A DNA stretch of 64,000 nt, taken from Raillietiella orientalis. Taxonomy: Eukaryota. Made by a program: the position numbers and the translations under genes. This document shows, in pieces, positions 52,481 through 64,000 of this stretch (within the stretch, counting starts at the first letter, position 1; every line of letters begins with the position of its first letter). The stretch lies in NCBI GenBank assembly GCA_036172245.1, contig JAYWIR010000014.1:2852001-2916000 (forward strand). Reading direction: 5' to 3'. The notes beneath the pieces were generated by a model. That model was not told where the DNA came from and made no database searches. It saw only the letters and a program-made list of their open reading frames with translations.

Positions 52481-53220
52481 GTCATGGAAGGGGAGGGAAG
52501 CACCATGAAGGGGAATCGAGAAGCGGGGGTGAGGGAGTGAGAGAAAGCTGAAGATAACGCAGCTCCTGACAACGCTCCTGGTAGCGTTGAGCCTCTCGAT
52601 TCACCCTCACTTCCCATCCCCAGGGAAGAGGAAGCAGAGAAGACGGCTGCGTTTTCATCCCGCATCCTCTGCGCGCTTCCCTCCTCTTCCGGCACTCCTG
52701 ATCCCTCTCCCTGTGAAGCCGCGCGCCCGCTCCCGCTTCGGCGAGGATTGGCTGTTAAGGGACCCGCGCGCGGGAGGGCGGCTCAGGGAGGGGGGGAGGG
52801 TGGACAGGATAGCCGCTGTCGAACGCACCTCTCCCTCTCGCCTCCCCCCCCCCCGACGGCGGAGGAGCGGTTCCGTGCAGCTTTCGGACCGAGATGAGGC
52901 AAACTGGTCCTGCCCGCGGGCGCCTCGACAACGGAGAAGAGGTGACCGTCTGTCCACGGTGCCGGACGTTCTCCTTGAACTCCCTTCGCCCGATCGTAGG
53001 GCTCTCTCTCTCCCGCCGCGGCTGGAAATGCCCCGCGTCTCGTGCGCGAGGGGGGGGTCTAGATGACGACCCGCTCCGGAGCGCAAGAGGGTCTTCGGCT
53101 TTCCGTCTGTGTCCCCGTTTCCTCCTCGGAGTAGGTGGAGGGAGAGGAGGAGGGAAGGGTAAGGGAAGCGACGGATGACGGCGATGGGAAGGAGGAGGAA
53201 GAGAAAGAGGAAGAAGGAAG

Positions 53221-53223
<3 letters not shown>

Positions 53224-53252
<29 letters not shown>
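53224..53252. repeat. (GA)n microsatellite
   Basis: Directly visible. Confidence 0.95.
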
Positions 53253-53256
<4 letters not shown>

Positions 53257-55249
53257 TGCCCACCTTCGTGCCTTTCTCTTCTGCAACAGCATCACGGCCG
53301 GGGTCGGTTCGCTGCCGTCGGCTTAAGCGGACGCCCTCCGTTGCCGGGTTGACTTTATTGCCCCGTGTGTGTGACCGGAGGTTCTGCCACCGCGGACCAC
53401 CGGCAGGGCCGCAGGAATACCCGAGACCCTCCCGCGCCGGCCGTCGTGCTCCCCCTCCGGCGGCTGATGGCTCCGTGCTCGCGCTCCTCCTCCCCAGGAA
53501 ACGGGGAGCACCGAAAGGAAACCGCAGCGAAACCGAATTCGCGAGCCTGCGCGAGAAAGGGAAACGCGGCGGCGCGTGCGCGCGCTCAGCAGCATCATCT
53601 CCGCATTCCTCGACAGCGGAAGGGCGGCGAAGAGCGAAGCCGTGTCTCCGTCTTCCGCGCCAGCGTGCTCCTCCTCCCCTTCACTGACCAGCCGTCGGTA
53701 AGCTGCAACCATCCGTCACTTCGTCGTCACCGTAGCTGTTGAGGATTGTCTCTGCGCGCGCCCATCTCAGGAAGAGGTGCGCGCAGGTTACGGGAGATTT
53801 TTCACCCTGAGCGGCGGCCCCACGTCGAGATCCCGAAATCCCTAAGGAAGGCAGGGGGGAGAATTTCCTTTGTTTTAGACCTCTGACCACGAGCAAAACA
53901 TCGCTACGCTGTCAATAACAACCCGAACGGGAAAGATGAATTAACCGGTGCGCTCCCTCCGTCGTTGACGCCGCCCTCCGCGCGCGCACACACCGTTCGT
54001 TGCTCTTAGTGAAGGGAGGGGGAGGAGGAGGCAGCGGCTCTCAACCCTCGTCGCAGATCGCCGGAGACCCGACCTTGCTCCATCCACCCCACTCCGCCCC
54101 ACTCCTCCCCAATCTCCCTCTTTTTTTTTTCTCCGTTTTCCTGACTCGGATGCGCACGCGCACCCCCGGGGCTTCTCACCGGCGCCAGTCGGCGCAGCTG
54201 CCTCTCTCGGGAAGGTGGGGGCGGCGGAGCCTTCTGCACGTGAAGCAACCCCCCGAGCCCCAACCCCCATCCCTCCCTCCTCTGAGACGTGCGTTCCTCA
54301 GTGGAGAAGTAGCGGGTCCTTCGCTGATACCGCCGCCATCGCTGCTGCTGGCGAGAAGCAGCTGATTTCCAAGATGGCGGCGCGATTCCAAGAAAACAAA
54401 AAAAAAAGAGAGAGAGAGAGAGAGGGAAGAAGAAGAAAAAGACCCAGTAACCAGGAAGCAATAAAATAATAAATAAAAAGCAACAGGAGGAGGGGGAGTA
54501 GGGGGGAAGGCACGAGGTGGAACCCGCTTGATATATGGGCGGTGTCCCCCCGGAGACTCTCTGGAGATCTCTCGTCGTCGTTTCCGTCGGAGGTGTCGAG
54601 GATGCCCTTCGACAGCCGTAAGGAGGTCAGGTGGGGAGAGAGACGAGCGGGTCGGAGCCATTGAGCAGCGGTGGCGGCTCGTTCGAATCGCAGCGAGGAG
54701 GGGGAAGATTTCTGCCAAGACGGCGGCGGCGGCTCCGGCGGTTCCAGGGAGCAGACGGGGGTCAGGAAGGGGGCTGGACGTTGCTCGAGAGAGACGTGTT
54801 GCTGCCGAAGAGCAGGAACTAGCAAAGAAGCGAAAGCCGACGGTGGTGTGGGGGAGGGGAGGGAGGAGTAGAACCGATGAGGAGCCGTGGGCCTTCGCTT
54901 CCGAAACGGGAGTAGAAGGGGAGGGGAAGGGGCCCTCCAGTCGCTGCCGAACGACGGCGGATGAGGCGGCCAGGTTGCCGCTGAGGCGGGAGAGGTCAGG
55001 AGAGGTCACCGCACCTAGCCCGAAAAGACCTCCCTCGGGAGCGAAACCGCGTCGCAAGCTCCTCCTGGGCCCTCCGGGTCGGAAGGGCTGGAGGAGGAGC
55101 GAAGCGAGAGGGAGGCAGGAGAAGGAGGAGGAGGAGGAGGAGGGAAGGAGGGAGGGAAGCTGCGGGAGGAGCCGGGAAGATCTGGGAATGGGTGCGCGCG
55201 CTGAAGGCGTCGAGGGGTGGACGCGGTTAACAGTTAGTCCAAGACCCAA

Positions 55250-56300
55250 GAATAGATCGAGAAGCAGGACCGGAGGAGAATCTGATTTATGGCGGGAGCG
55301 GAGATGAAGTGAAGCCTGGCGAGATGGTGGCGTGACTTGGCCGCGGAGCGGTTCCGGAGACTCCAGGAGAAGCCGAGAAGAGGGTAAGGAAAGGAAAAGG
55401 AGGAGACGCGACGCCGCTCTGGAAAAAGAGGCTCCGGAATCCACTCCGCTCCAGGGATCCGAGTTCGAGGACGGGCAGAGCTCCGGGATGGTCGCTTCCC
55501 CACCTCTCCCCTCTTCCCTTCCTGGCGGCAGAGTCGTCGGCTCCTCCTTGCCCCCTTCCTTCCTTCGTTACGACGGGGGTCCGCCGTTCGGTGGAAGGAG
55601 CACCAGGAGAGCACCTGTGCGCGCCCGACCGAGGGGCAGCGGAAGCAGAGGAAGCGGTACGTATCCTCCCCTCCTTCTTCCCGGTCTTTCTCTTCGGCCC
55701 GCGGTGGTGGCGGGTCCTCGAGATAAATGCAACTGCCGCCGCCGCCCGCTCGCATCCTGGAGTCCAGGATCCTCTCTCCCAGCCATTTGACAAGTAGTCC
55801 CTCGTTTCGCTAGGGAGATTTCGGTAGGGCAGGAGCGGCTCTTTCAACCGGTGGGAGAGACCGACGTGGGGCTTTGAAGTGGCCAGCCGGAAGACCCCCG
55901 GACCGCTTCTCCGCAAGCGCGCACGCAGACATCCGAAGAGGGAAGGCGCGAGAAGTCCTTTTTCCAGCCACGCTTTCACTATCCCCCCTCATCCCGGCCC
56001 AGACCACACCTTCTTTCCGGTTCACCCGGCTGCCTTCCGAGACCGGCTGTGAGTTCCAGGATGAGGAATGGGAGGCGGCAGTGAGGTAGACTCTCCCTCT
56101 CCGATTCGCGCGAGCATGGCTCCTGGAGGCGGTTCATCTGGTCGCCAATCTCTTCAGACTCCACGGTCCCCGATTAGTCCGCGACTTGAGGAAATGTAGA
56201 GAGGAGGGAAGGGTGGCTGGGGCTACTTCCTGACCTCCTGTCATCCCAAGGCGACCCAGACGATCGCCATCTTTCTCGGGCGTGCTCCAAGGGCTCTCTT
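55250..56300 (+). mobile_element. Decayed LINE ORF2 fragment (endonuclease end to RT start)
   Basis: SDLWRE / VTW (~55285-55340), FQDEEWEAAV (FTEEEV..AI), MAPGG, ANLFRLHGPRLVRDLRKCREEGRV. Confidence 0.5.
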
Positions 56301-58979
56301 TCCTGTTTGCGCCCTCGGCCGCGGCTGCAGAGAGCTGCACCTGCCTCAGGATCCGGAATCCCGGAAACTCGCAAGAAAAAAGCGTGGGGGACCGAGGAAG
56401 AGGGGAGGAAGATTCCAGGGAGGGAGACTCTTCTTCCCCGTGCAACGGGGAGAAGAGGAGAAAAATCTCCTGCGTTCCTTTAGCGAAAAGGAGTCCCTAC
56501 GGAGTGACGGAGGCGATGCTCTTCCGAGGAGAAAGAGGGACAGAGGTGGAAGTGAAGGGAAGGAGCCGGAACAAGCGCGAGGAAAACGGAAAGATCTTTC
56601 GTTCTTGGACCGACCAGCACTGGCGGCAGCCTTCGACGAACTTGGCGTAGGGAAGACCCGGAGCGCCCTCCCACTAGCAGCGGGCGTTTGACCGACACCG
56701 CACTAAAAGTGCTCCAGATTCCTGAGTGGGGTAGGCGATGGCTGCACGGGCACACGTGGGGTCCAGTCGTGGCACTTCGACTGGCCTGCTGCCGCTGCAT
56801 GACCTGCTGCCGTCTTTCCGAGAAGAGATCAAGGGGACCGGCTGCGCTCGTGGCCGTAGCATCGAGGCAGGCCAGGGACGGAGAGAGACAGGAGAACCCT
56901 TCCTCCTTCCCCTCTCCCTTCCTTCCGACATCCGAGTGCCCGAGAAGTGCACCAACCCCTTGTGCTCATCCCTCGTGGGCCGCCGAGACAGCTCCGTTCC
57001 GCTCGCAGCCCCTCGGTGCTGCAGGAGAACGCAACGGGGAAGGGTGGAACGAAAGTGCGGGCTGCAGGGGCGAGAGGAAGGGGAGAGCGTGGATAGGGGA
57101 GGGGAGGAAGGGACTCCCCCTTCCAATCATCCTGTCCGAACGATACCTCACCCGCACGATGGCGGACCGATCCTCTGCAGAAGACGATCGATCGATTTGG
57201 TGACTCGGACGTGGGGTGGGAGCAGCTTCTCTTGGGATGATCCTGCAAGAAGGGGATGCCTCTCCTCCCGCGGGCGACTACGGGAGGAGCTCCCTTGCAA
57301 GCCCACCACACCGCATGCACGTGTACACCCGTCCTCCCCCACGAGCACACACTCGCGCATAAATCCACTCTCACAGAATACACACATGTGTATGTACGTG
57401 TGCACACTTTCACGAGCAAACATGTATGCGAGTTTCGAAGTGCCTCCAAACGGAAGCGCCTTGTTTTGTTTTGTTTTTTCTCTCCCCATGTGTGAATGAA
57501 GTGTGTACTGTGCTCCTGCGTGTTTGTGGGCGCACGTGAGCGCGCGTGTATACGAGGCTGCGTATACGTGTATACGCGAAACGTACACATAGTATCTACA
57601 TAGTCAGGAGCACAGCACATGCACGCGGCATTCACCCCACAGAGGAAGAGACAAACAAAAAACAAAACGCTTCTGTGTGATCGCGCCTTCGTCGCAAGGC
57701 ACACAGCCTTCTGCTGACCCCTGTAAATATGACCGGGAATGAGGAAGACGTCACGGTCTATTTGCTCGGCAAATCAATAGCAGAAGACCGCTCCAGCAGC
57801 AGCAGCGGCAACAGCAGCCCCCGGAGAGACCCCCCGCCTGCCTGTCAGGCGGATGCCGCTCCTCCAGGAGGAGAAGGCTTTCGCCGTTCTCTAGAAGCCT
57901 CCGCGCGCGCCCCGAGAGGGCGAGGTCGCCCCGTGGGAAGAAGAGGCGGCGGCGCGCGCTCGTCGAGGAGGCGACCAAGCGGGAGACCGCGCGCGCGCGC
58001 GGACCGCCGCCTCCTTCCACCTTCGCGGAGGAGGAGGTCACCGGGAGGACGTCGATCTGCGTCCTCCGCGAACTGTCGGGGGAGCCCACGAGGCGACCTC
58101 CCTCTTCCATCTGCCTGACGAAGGGAGGAGGAAGCGCGCGCGTTCCCTTCCTCCTCCTCCTCCTTTTCCTCCTCCCCTGCCCGACCGCCGTGGAGGCGAC
58201 GGCGGGAGTGGGAGGGAGGCGTTCCCACTCGATCCATGGGAGGGAGGAGGAAGCTGCTGCGTCGTGCCGACTCGCAGTGACCTCCGCCGACTCTCCGCCG
58301 ATGCCACGCTGCAGCGTTTCCACGGCGACGGAGCTCGGATGCCGCTGGTCCGGATGGCGGTGAGTCATCCCCTAGCTGCCTCCTCACGGGCCGCCGCACT
58401 CCTCTCTCGGGGTCAGCGACGGTGGAGACGGTAGCATGCAACCTCACTCATCCCTTTCCCAAGAGCCGCGCGGGGGTCCCTGTCTTCCATATGCTGCTCC
58501 TTCCTCCCCGTATCCCCTGCCTCCCCCTCCCCCCTTTCCTTTCCCACGTTCGCCCGAGGAACATGCGATCTCCGCTCCGTCCTCCTGACGAGGGCGCTCA
58601 GAGGGGTCGTCGTGGAACTTCCCGGATCATCCTCTCCCTCCTCTACCTCCCAGATCAGCGCCTCGCCACCCATGGCCATATCGTCACGGGTGGCGCCGAT
58701 CATCGGGGACCACGCAGCGCGTCGGGCTGCGGCACCTGAAGGATGTGGGGAGGGGGCGCTCCTGCAGAGAGAGCTCCAAGACGTTGTGCCGCCCACGCAC
58801 CACCGCCGCATCCTCGCATGAGGGGCGGTGGAGCTTTTTACACGCTGACCCCTTCTCCCCACCCCCATCCCCTTCTCGTCTTCCTTTCTTTTCTTCAGCG
58901 CTCGCCTCCGTTGGTGTCTCGTCGCTGCGCCAGTCCGCCGCTCGCCGCGGAGCAATGGCAGCGCTCCTGGAAACAGGAA

Positions 58980-61540
58980 AGAAAAGACGACTGATTTCTG
59001 GACGGCTGGGATTGTGTGGTTTCCTCCTTCCGTTCTCACCTAGCACGTGGTTCTCTGTGAGACTGCCCGCGACGACTTGGTGGCCTGCCCTTCCCGTCAT
59101 GGAGGTGGAGGGATGGAAAAAGGGGATGGAGGTTGTGCTCACAAGAGCAGCGGCTAGGGAGAGCAGTCGAGGAGAGGGAGGGACGTCAAAGGAGGGGGGG
59201 GGGGGGAAGCTTGCTTCTGTCCCTTCCTTTCATTCTCCAGAGCATGGATGGGGGCTGTGACGTGAGGCCGACCCCACGAAGTGGCGGTTGAGTGAATGAG
59301 TGCGCGATGGGCGTGCTGAGAGGCCGTACTCACCTACTGGGAGAGGGAAAGGGGACCCTACTCTGAAAGATTCCAGTGAAGGACCTGCAAAATACCGAAA
59401 GAGGAGGAGATGCAGGACTCGTAGAGCATTTACCCTTCCTCTGTTTCCCCATTCCCACCTTTCCATGTAGATTCCAGGATGAGGAATGGGAGGCAGCCGT
59501 GGGGCAGACTCTCCCTCCCCAATTCACGCGAGCATGGCTCCTGGAGGCGTTGCATCTGGTCGTCAATCTTCTTAGACCTTACAGCCCTCGGTCAGCTCGT
59601 GACTTGAGGAAATGCGGAGTGGCGAGAAGGGTGGCTGGGGTTGCTTCCTGGCCTTCAGATCTCCGGCAGATTTCTCCTTCTCTCGCCTTCACTCGTATCC
59701 TAAGGGCCTCCCAGTGACCATCCAAGAAAAACGAAGTGTCCTTAAGGACTCACCTCTCCATCCTCCGGAAGGAACCTCTCCTTTCCTTACATTCCTTCTA
59801 TCCCCCGGAGCACCCTCCTGCCATGCCACCGAGATGGTGGCGGTGGTAACAGATGGCTGAGGGGAGAGGGGGGGTGGGTCGAGTCCACGCTGGCATCTCC
59901 AGCCCCATCTTTCCTTTCCCGCCTCAGGCTAGCCACGCAGGAGCAGAGAAACCCTCGTGGACCCTGAATTCTCTTTCCCATCTTTCTCTTCCCCTCATTT
60001 TGAGTGCGTGCTCACTGGAGCTCCACCGATCGCTCATCCCATCACCTTTGCTGTCCCGCTAAGACCACGTCAGCCGCTGCTGCCCGTCTATCTGAACGAC
60101 CAGCTGCCCGCTTTTCCGTGTCCGCTGCGCAGCACAGGAAGGCCGCTGGTCGACGCAGCCTCCTCGCTCTCGGTCTTCTCATCCATCTGCTTGCCGCGCG
60201 GGTCTCTTCCCCTCCTCCTCTTCCTCTACACTTCAGCGAGCAGCTCCACGGCCGCAGTCTCTTGTGGACACGACGCTTCGGCGCGCCTCTCCAACGTGCT
60301 TTTTCCTGTCCCCTTCCTCATTCGGAAGTTCTGGTTCCGTCCCCAGGACCGGCGTGCAAATCCTCAAGATACTTCCCATCCTTCCCCAATGGGTTTTCCT
60401 TGTCCGTCTATCTGACCAATCGGGTGGACAAGAACTCTTCCTACGGAAGGGGCTCCCGTGGGAAGAGGGAGTGATGGTGATGGTGGGGAGTCCGGAGCTC
60501 TAGTTCCTGTTCTCGGTAAATCCTCGGCCTATCATGCTTGCCCTCTCTCTGTCACTTCTCCCGTCCTCCCTCAACATACCCCTGCTCACTCATCTGCCTG
60601 TTTCCTCCGATATAGGCTCCTTGCGAGGGGGCGTCCAGGATGGTTCCAGGACGTGCTCAGCTTCCTTCCTCCGGAACTCTTTCCTTTGTTCTCCTCACTG
60701 GCCTCGGAAGAAAAGCACTTCCCCTACTGTCAGACGGAAGGGAACAATCGAGATCGGTCCCCAGAAGGAACGGGAAGGTGGTCAGGACCTCTGGATTGAG
60801 AAAGGAAACACAGAAAGGAGGGAAAGAAGGAAGGAACAGCAGCGGCAACAGTACGGAAACCGTTTCCCTCGGAGACCACCGCGCTAAGAACGCGAGTGCC
60901 ATCTCGCTGTGCCGTGGAAGCGCCTCCCAGCCTCATGACTGCGGTAAAGCAGGTCGAGGGACTGAGATTCACCCCCAAGGATACCGGTGAAGCAGATTTC
61001 TAAGAGGAAGACGTTTTCCCAGCCGTGAAGAGGTTCCTATAGAGACGCTTACTCCTTCCACAGGTGCAGAGGCATGCGCAGCCTCCCATCCTTCGAGACA
61101 TCCTGAACACGGACAGCATTCTCCTCGCGTGATCTCCCCTGAAAAGCTTCTACGACTTCTTAAGGAGACATCTCTCCACGGACGACGAGCAGCAGACGCG
61201 TTCAGCGCTGCGGGATTGGGGCAGGGAGGTTGCTAGTGGAACTCCTTACTGCTGTAGTGTCCCCTTTGGCGTTATCAAACAAGGAGCTCGAGGCAGCGGT
61301 TGATCTCGACCTAGAGTGCTTCCAGTGGACGATGACTCCTCTGTCTCTTCCAGGAGGAACGCGCGGATGAATCCGTTTTGCCACGGTCATCTTCGAGACC
61401 CCTTAGGAGAGTTTTGGGGCGCCAAGGGGGCTGGATGAATGACTCGGTCGGCGGATGGAAGAGACTTGCCCCTCGGGAAGTGCGACTGAAGACGAGGAGG
61501 ACCGCGGACCATCGATGAGTGCAGAGGGAAAAACCCTTTG
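58980..61540 (+). mobile_element. Decayed LINE ORF2
   Basis: SGRLG (SRLD), FQDEEWEAAV/MAPGG (~59475), VYLNDQL..PLRS (~60090), SCGHD (AYADD, ~60265), TCPSGSATED (~61470). About 180 nt is clearly homologous to 56054-56236. Confidence 0.5.
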
Positions 61541-62170
61541 AATGTCCGGAGACTCGGATGGAAGAGGAGGAAGATGAAAGAGAGGCAGAGGAGACAGGCG
61601 GCACTCCTCCGTGAAAAATTGGTGAGATGGAGGAGAAAGAGGAGAATACCGCGGCAGCACTGTGAGAAAAAACTCGTTCTTCTTTACCATTCAACCTCGC
61701 ACTCCGCTTCCGCCTTCTCCCGCTCCCAGAGGATACTTGCTCCCGTGTGCCAAACGGAGGAAGAGGAGAGGATGTGAGAAAGAAGTGGGAGCGATGCGGG
61801 TGGTGGTGGATTAGGAAGATGTAGGGGTGAGGGGAGGCCAGGGAAAAATGAAAACTTCGTGAGTGTGTGGCAGGAACTCTTCCTTGCTGGACTCCTTTAT
61901 TACGGGACTCTCTGTGGTCAGTGGGGCCCCGCCGTCTTTCGCCCACGGACCGACGGGCGAGATCACGAGGAGGCACTTCCTTGAGCAAAAATTGAAAAAA
62001 AAAAAAATGGAAGGAATGGGAGAAAGAAAAAAAAATCCCCAAGTCCCTCCGTCGAACCCATTCCCCTTCTCCTCCCCCACCCCTCCCGGGAAGGGGTTGA
62101 GTGGGGAATGGGAGAGGGAGGAGAAGGGGATGGGGTCTGGGGACGATGTCAGTCCTCGGCACGCGGGCGA

Positions 62171-63515
62171 TCACGAGCCCAGGATCGACTTCACACTTGT
62201 CGACGCCATCTTGAAGAGCTTGCTCACCACGTAGTTCTTGAGGCAGTGCCACGCGGACGAGGAATCGTCCAGACGCAACATCCATCCTGAGAAGCCGCCT
62301 CCGTACTTGTCGCCACCGCCGCCGCCGTCCCCAGCGTGGAAGCCGCCGCCGTCGTCGTACCTCTTGTCCAGGTTCCTGTTGACCAGCCGCAGCTGCTTGG
62401 GGCTCTGGATGGGGGTGAAGAACACTTCAGGGGTCTTGGAGTTCAAGAGAGGCACCAGGAGGCGGTCCAGCTTAGTGTAGTAGCGTCCGGGAACAACATC
62501 GAACACGGAGATGAACACGGTCCTCAGGGCTTCCATGATGCGCTCGTAGAGTTGCTCTGCAAACATAGGGGTTTCGGGAGCGCTGCCGGGTGCAGAGGGC
62601 TTCGCGCTCCCGCCTCCACCGCCTCCATGTGGTGCTTTTTTTCTCGGGGGCTTGCGGTGTCCGTGGATGGGGGGGTTGGAGGACACGCTCTTCACCACGT
62701 CTAGGAGGAGTTTCATCAGAGATGGCCTGTGGGGAGCGGGAGCGTCTTCCTCGTACTCCTCCTCTCCCACTTCCTCCTCCTCCTCCTCCTCCAGCAAGGA
62801 GGAGGAGCCGAAGGCAGGACCGTCGTCTATGGAATTGTCCTCTGCCGAGGAAGAGGAGGAGGAAAAGGAGGTCTTCCGGGGAGGCGGTTTGAGGAAGAAG
62901 CCACTGATGATGTTCTTCACCATGGGGCTGCGGTAGATGTCCGCTGCCAGGGGGATCACCTGGTCGACGAACACGGCCATCTCCGAGCTGGTGTTTCCTC
63001 CGAGCAGCGACGTGACCAGATCCACGATGCGGGAGGCGTCGTTGATGCTGAGGGACCGCGCGGCCGCCGAGAGGTCGCCGCCGCCGTCGACCCACATGTA
63101 ACTGGCCAGGTGCTCGGTGTAGCAGTAGCCGAGGCCCAGCTCGTGGAAGTAGTCGAGGTAGAGCTGCGCAGCGCGGTTCAGCATGGACCCCGGGTTGCGC
63201 AGGAGGGTGGTCTCGTTGAGGTCGTCCTTCCGGTACCTGATGACGGACAGGAACTGCTGGAGGCCCTTGCGGCTCGCCTGGAACGCCTCCGACAGCATGG
63301 CCGGGGGCTTGACCTTCCAGCGGGAGAGGAGTGAGTCGAAGAGGGCGTGGTAGCGCTGGTACGCCGCCTTCAGGCGAGACCTCGTCAGCTCCAGCATGTA
63401 GTCGCTCCCGGCGATGGCAGAGTCGCCGCTCCGGTTGACCGGCGGGGCGACCAACTCCGCCGCCCTGCGAGGCCTCCGTAGAGGCCCTGCGGCCCGAGCG
63501 TTCAGCATGCGGCAG
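62171..63515 (-). CDS. Large terminal coding exon of an unidentified protein; upstream exons probably lie beyond the window
   Basis: 445-codon ORF with strong G/C third-position bias and natural helical-protein composition. A pyrimidine-rich acceptor (..TCTTGCCTGCATTGCAG) ends at 63516, and the stop is TGA at 62171-62173. Confidence 0.85.
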
Positions 63516-64000
63516 CTGCAATGCAGGCAAGAAAACGGAGGCGAACAAACAAGAGGATCAAGAAAGTAGGAAACGGGGGAATCACCCCGGCGGTATCAAG
63601 CCACTGGAAGGAGGAAGAGACCCACAAGGAAGGAGGAGCGGTGTCTCGGGGCGGACATGGGGGAGCGAGAAGCAGCAGAAAAAGCAGGGGGGGGGGGAGA
63701 AGACCCCGAGGGCACGTCTGCGCCCTTGGTCGAACCCTGGAAAACTTGCTTCAATCGGCTGCTGCTCGCTCCCATCGTTTTCTGTATCGGGGCTCCCCTC
63801 CGCGACCGGGGCAGGAAGGGGGAGGGGGAGGGAAGAGAGAGAGTGGCTCTCCGCCGGGGAGAGATGAGCGCGCGAACCAAAAGTGTGCTAGTCTGGAGTA
63901 AGCGACCGGGAATGATCAGGGGGACGAGGCAGCTGTGTGCCTCCCTGACCAGCGCGGACCACCCGTCACCACCTCCTTCCTCCTCTCTGCCCCGGTTGAC

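Noticed and set aside
54176..55444. 422-aa ORF and many other long ORFs in the GC-rich region (for example 33921-34952, 13404-14207, 61311-62285)
   Set aside because: Low-complexity R/S/P/G-rich translations are expected from stop-poor GC-rich DNA, with no evident codon bias or domains
62472..63548. 358-aa overlapping ORF and antisense ORFs over the terminal gene
   Set aside because: Shadow frames produced by the high third-position GC content of the real exon

Overview
Eukaryotic genomic DNA with spliceosomal introns, probably from an arthropod (taxon is an inference). Two host genes are supported. The first is a complete 5-exon porcupine (Wnt O-acyltransferase, MBOAT) gene on the minus strand at 4255-6092, with very short introns of 39, 43 and 51 nt. 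The second is the large terminal exon (62171-63515, minus) of an unidentified gene that continues beyond the window. Much of the remaining sequence appears to be a graveyard of L1/Tx1-type non-LTR retrotransposons. It holds one nearly intact but inactivated ORF2 copy (41439-44600, minus), a clearly related decayed copy in inverted orientation (about 46880-49210, plus) and roughly a dozen heavily eroded relics. I recognised the relics by eye from degenerate ORF1, APE endonuclease, RT and C-terminal zinc-finger motifs in the expected order, so their boundaries are approximate and need HMM confirmation. Base composition switches from AT-rich and CpG-poor (about 1-12 kb) to GC- and CpG-rich (beyond about 12-13 kb). 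Within the relics there are short high-identity patches shared between neighbouring copies and a perfect 38-bp palindrome. I found no rRNA, tRNA or CRISPR array.
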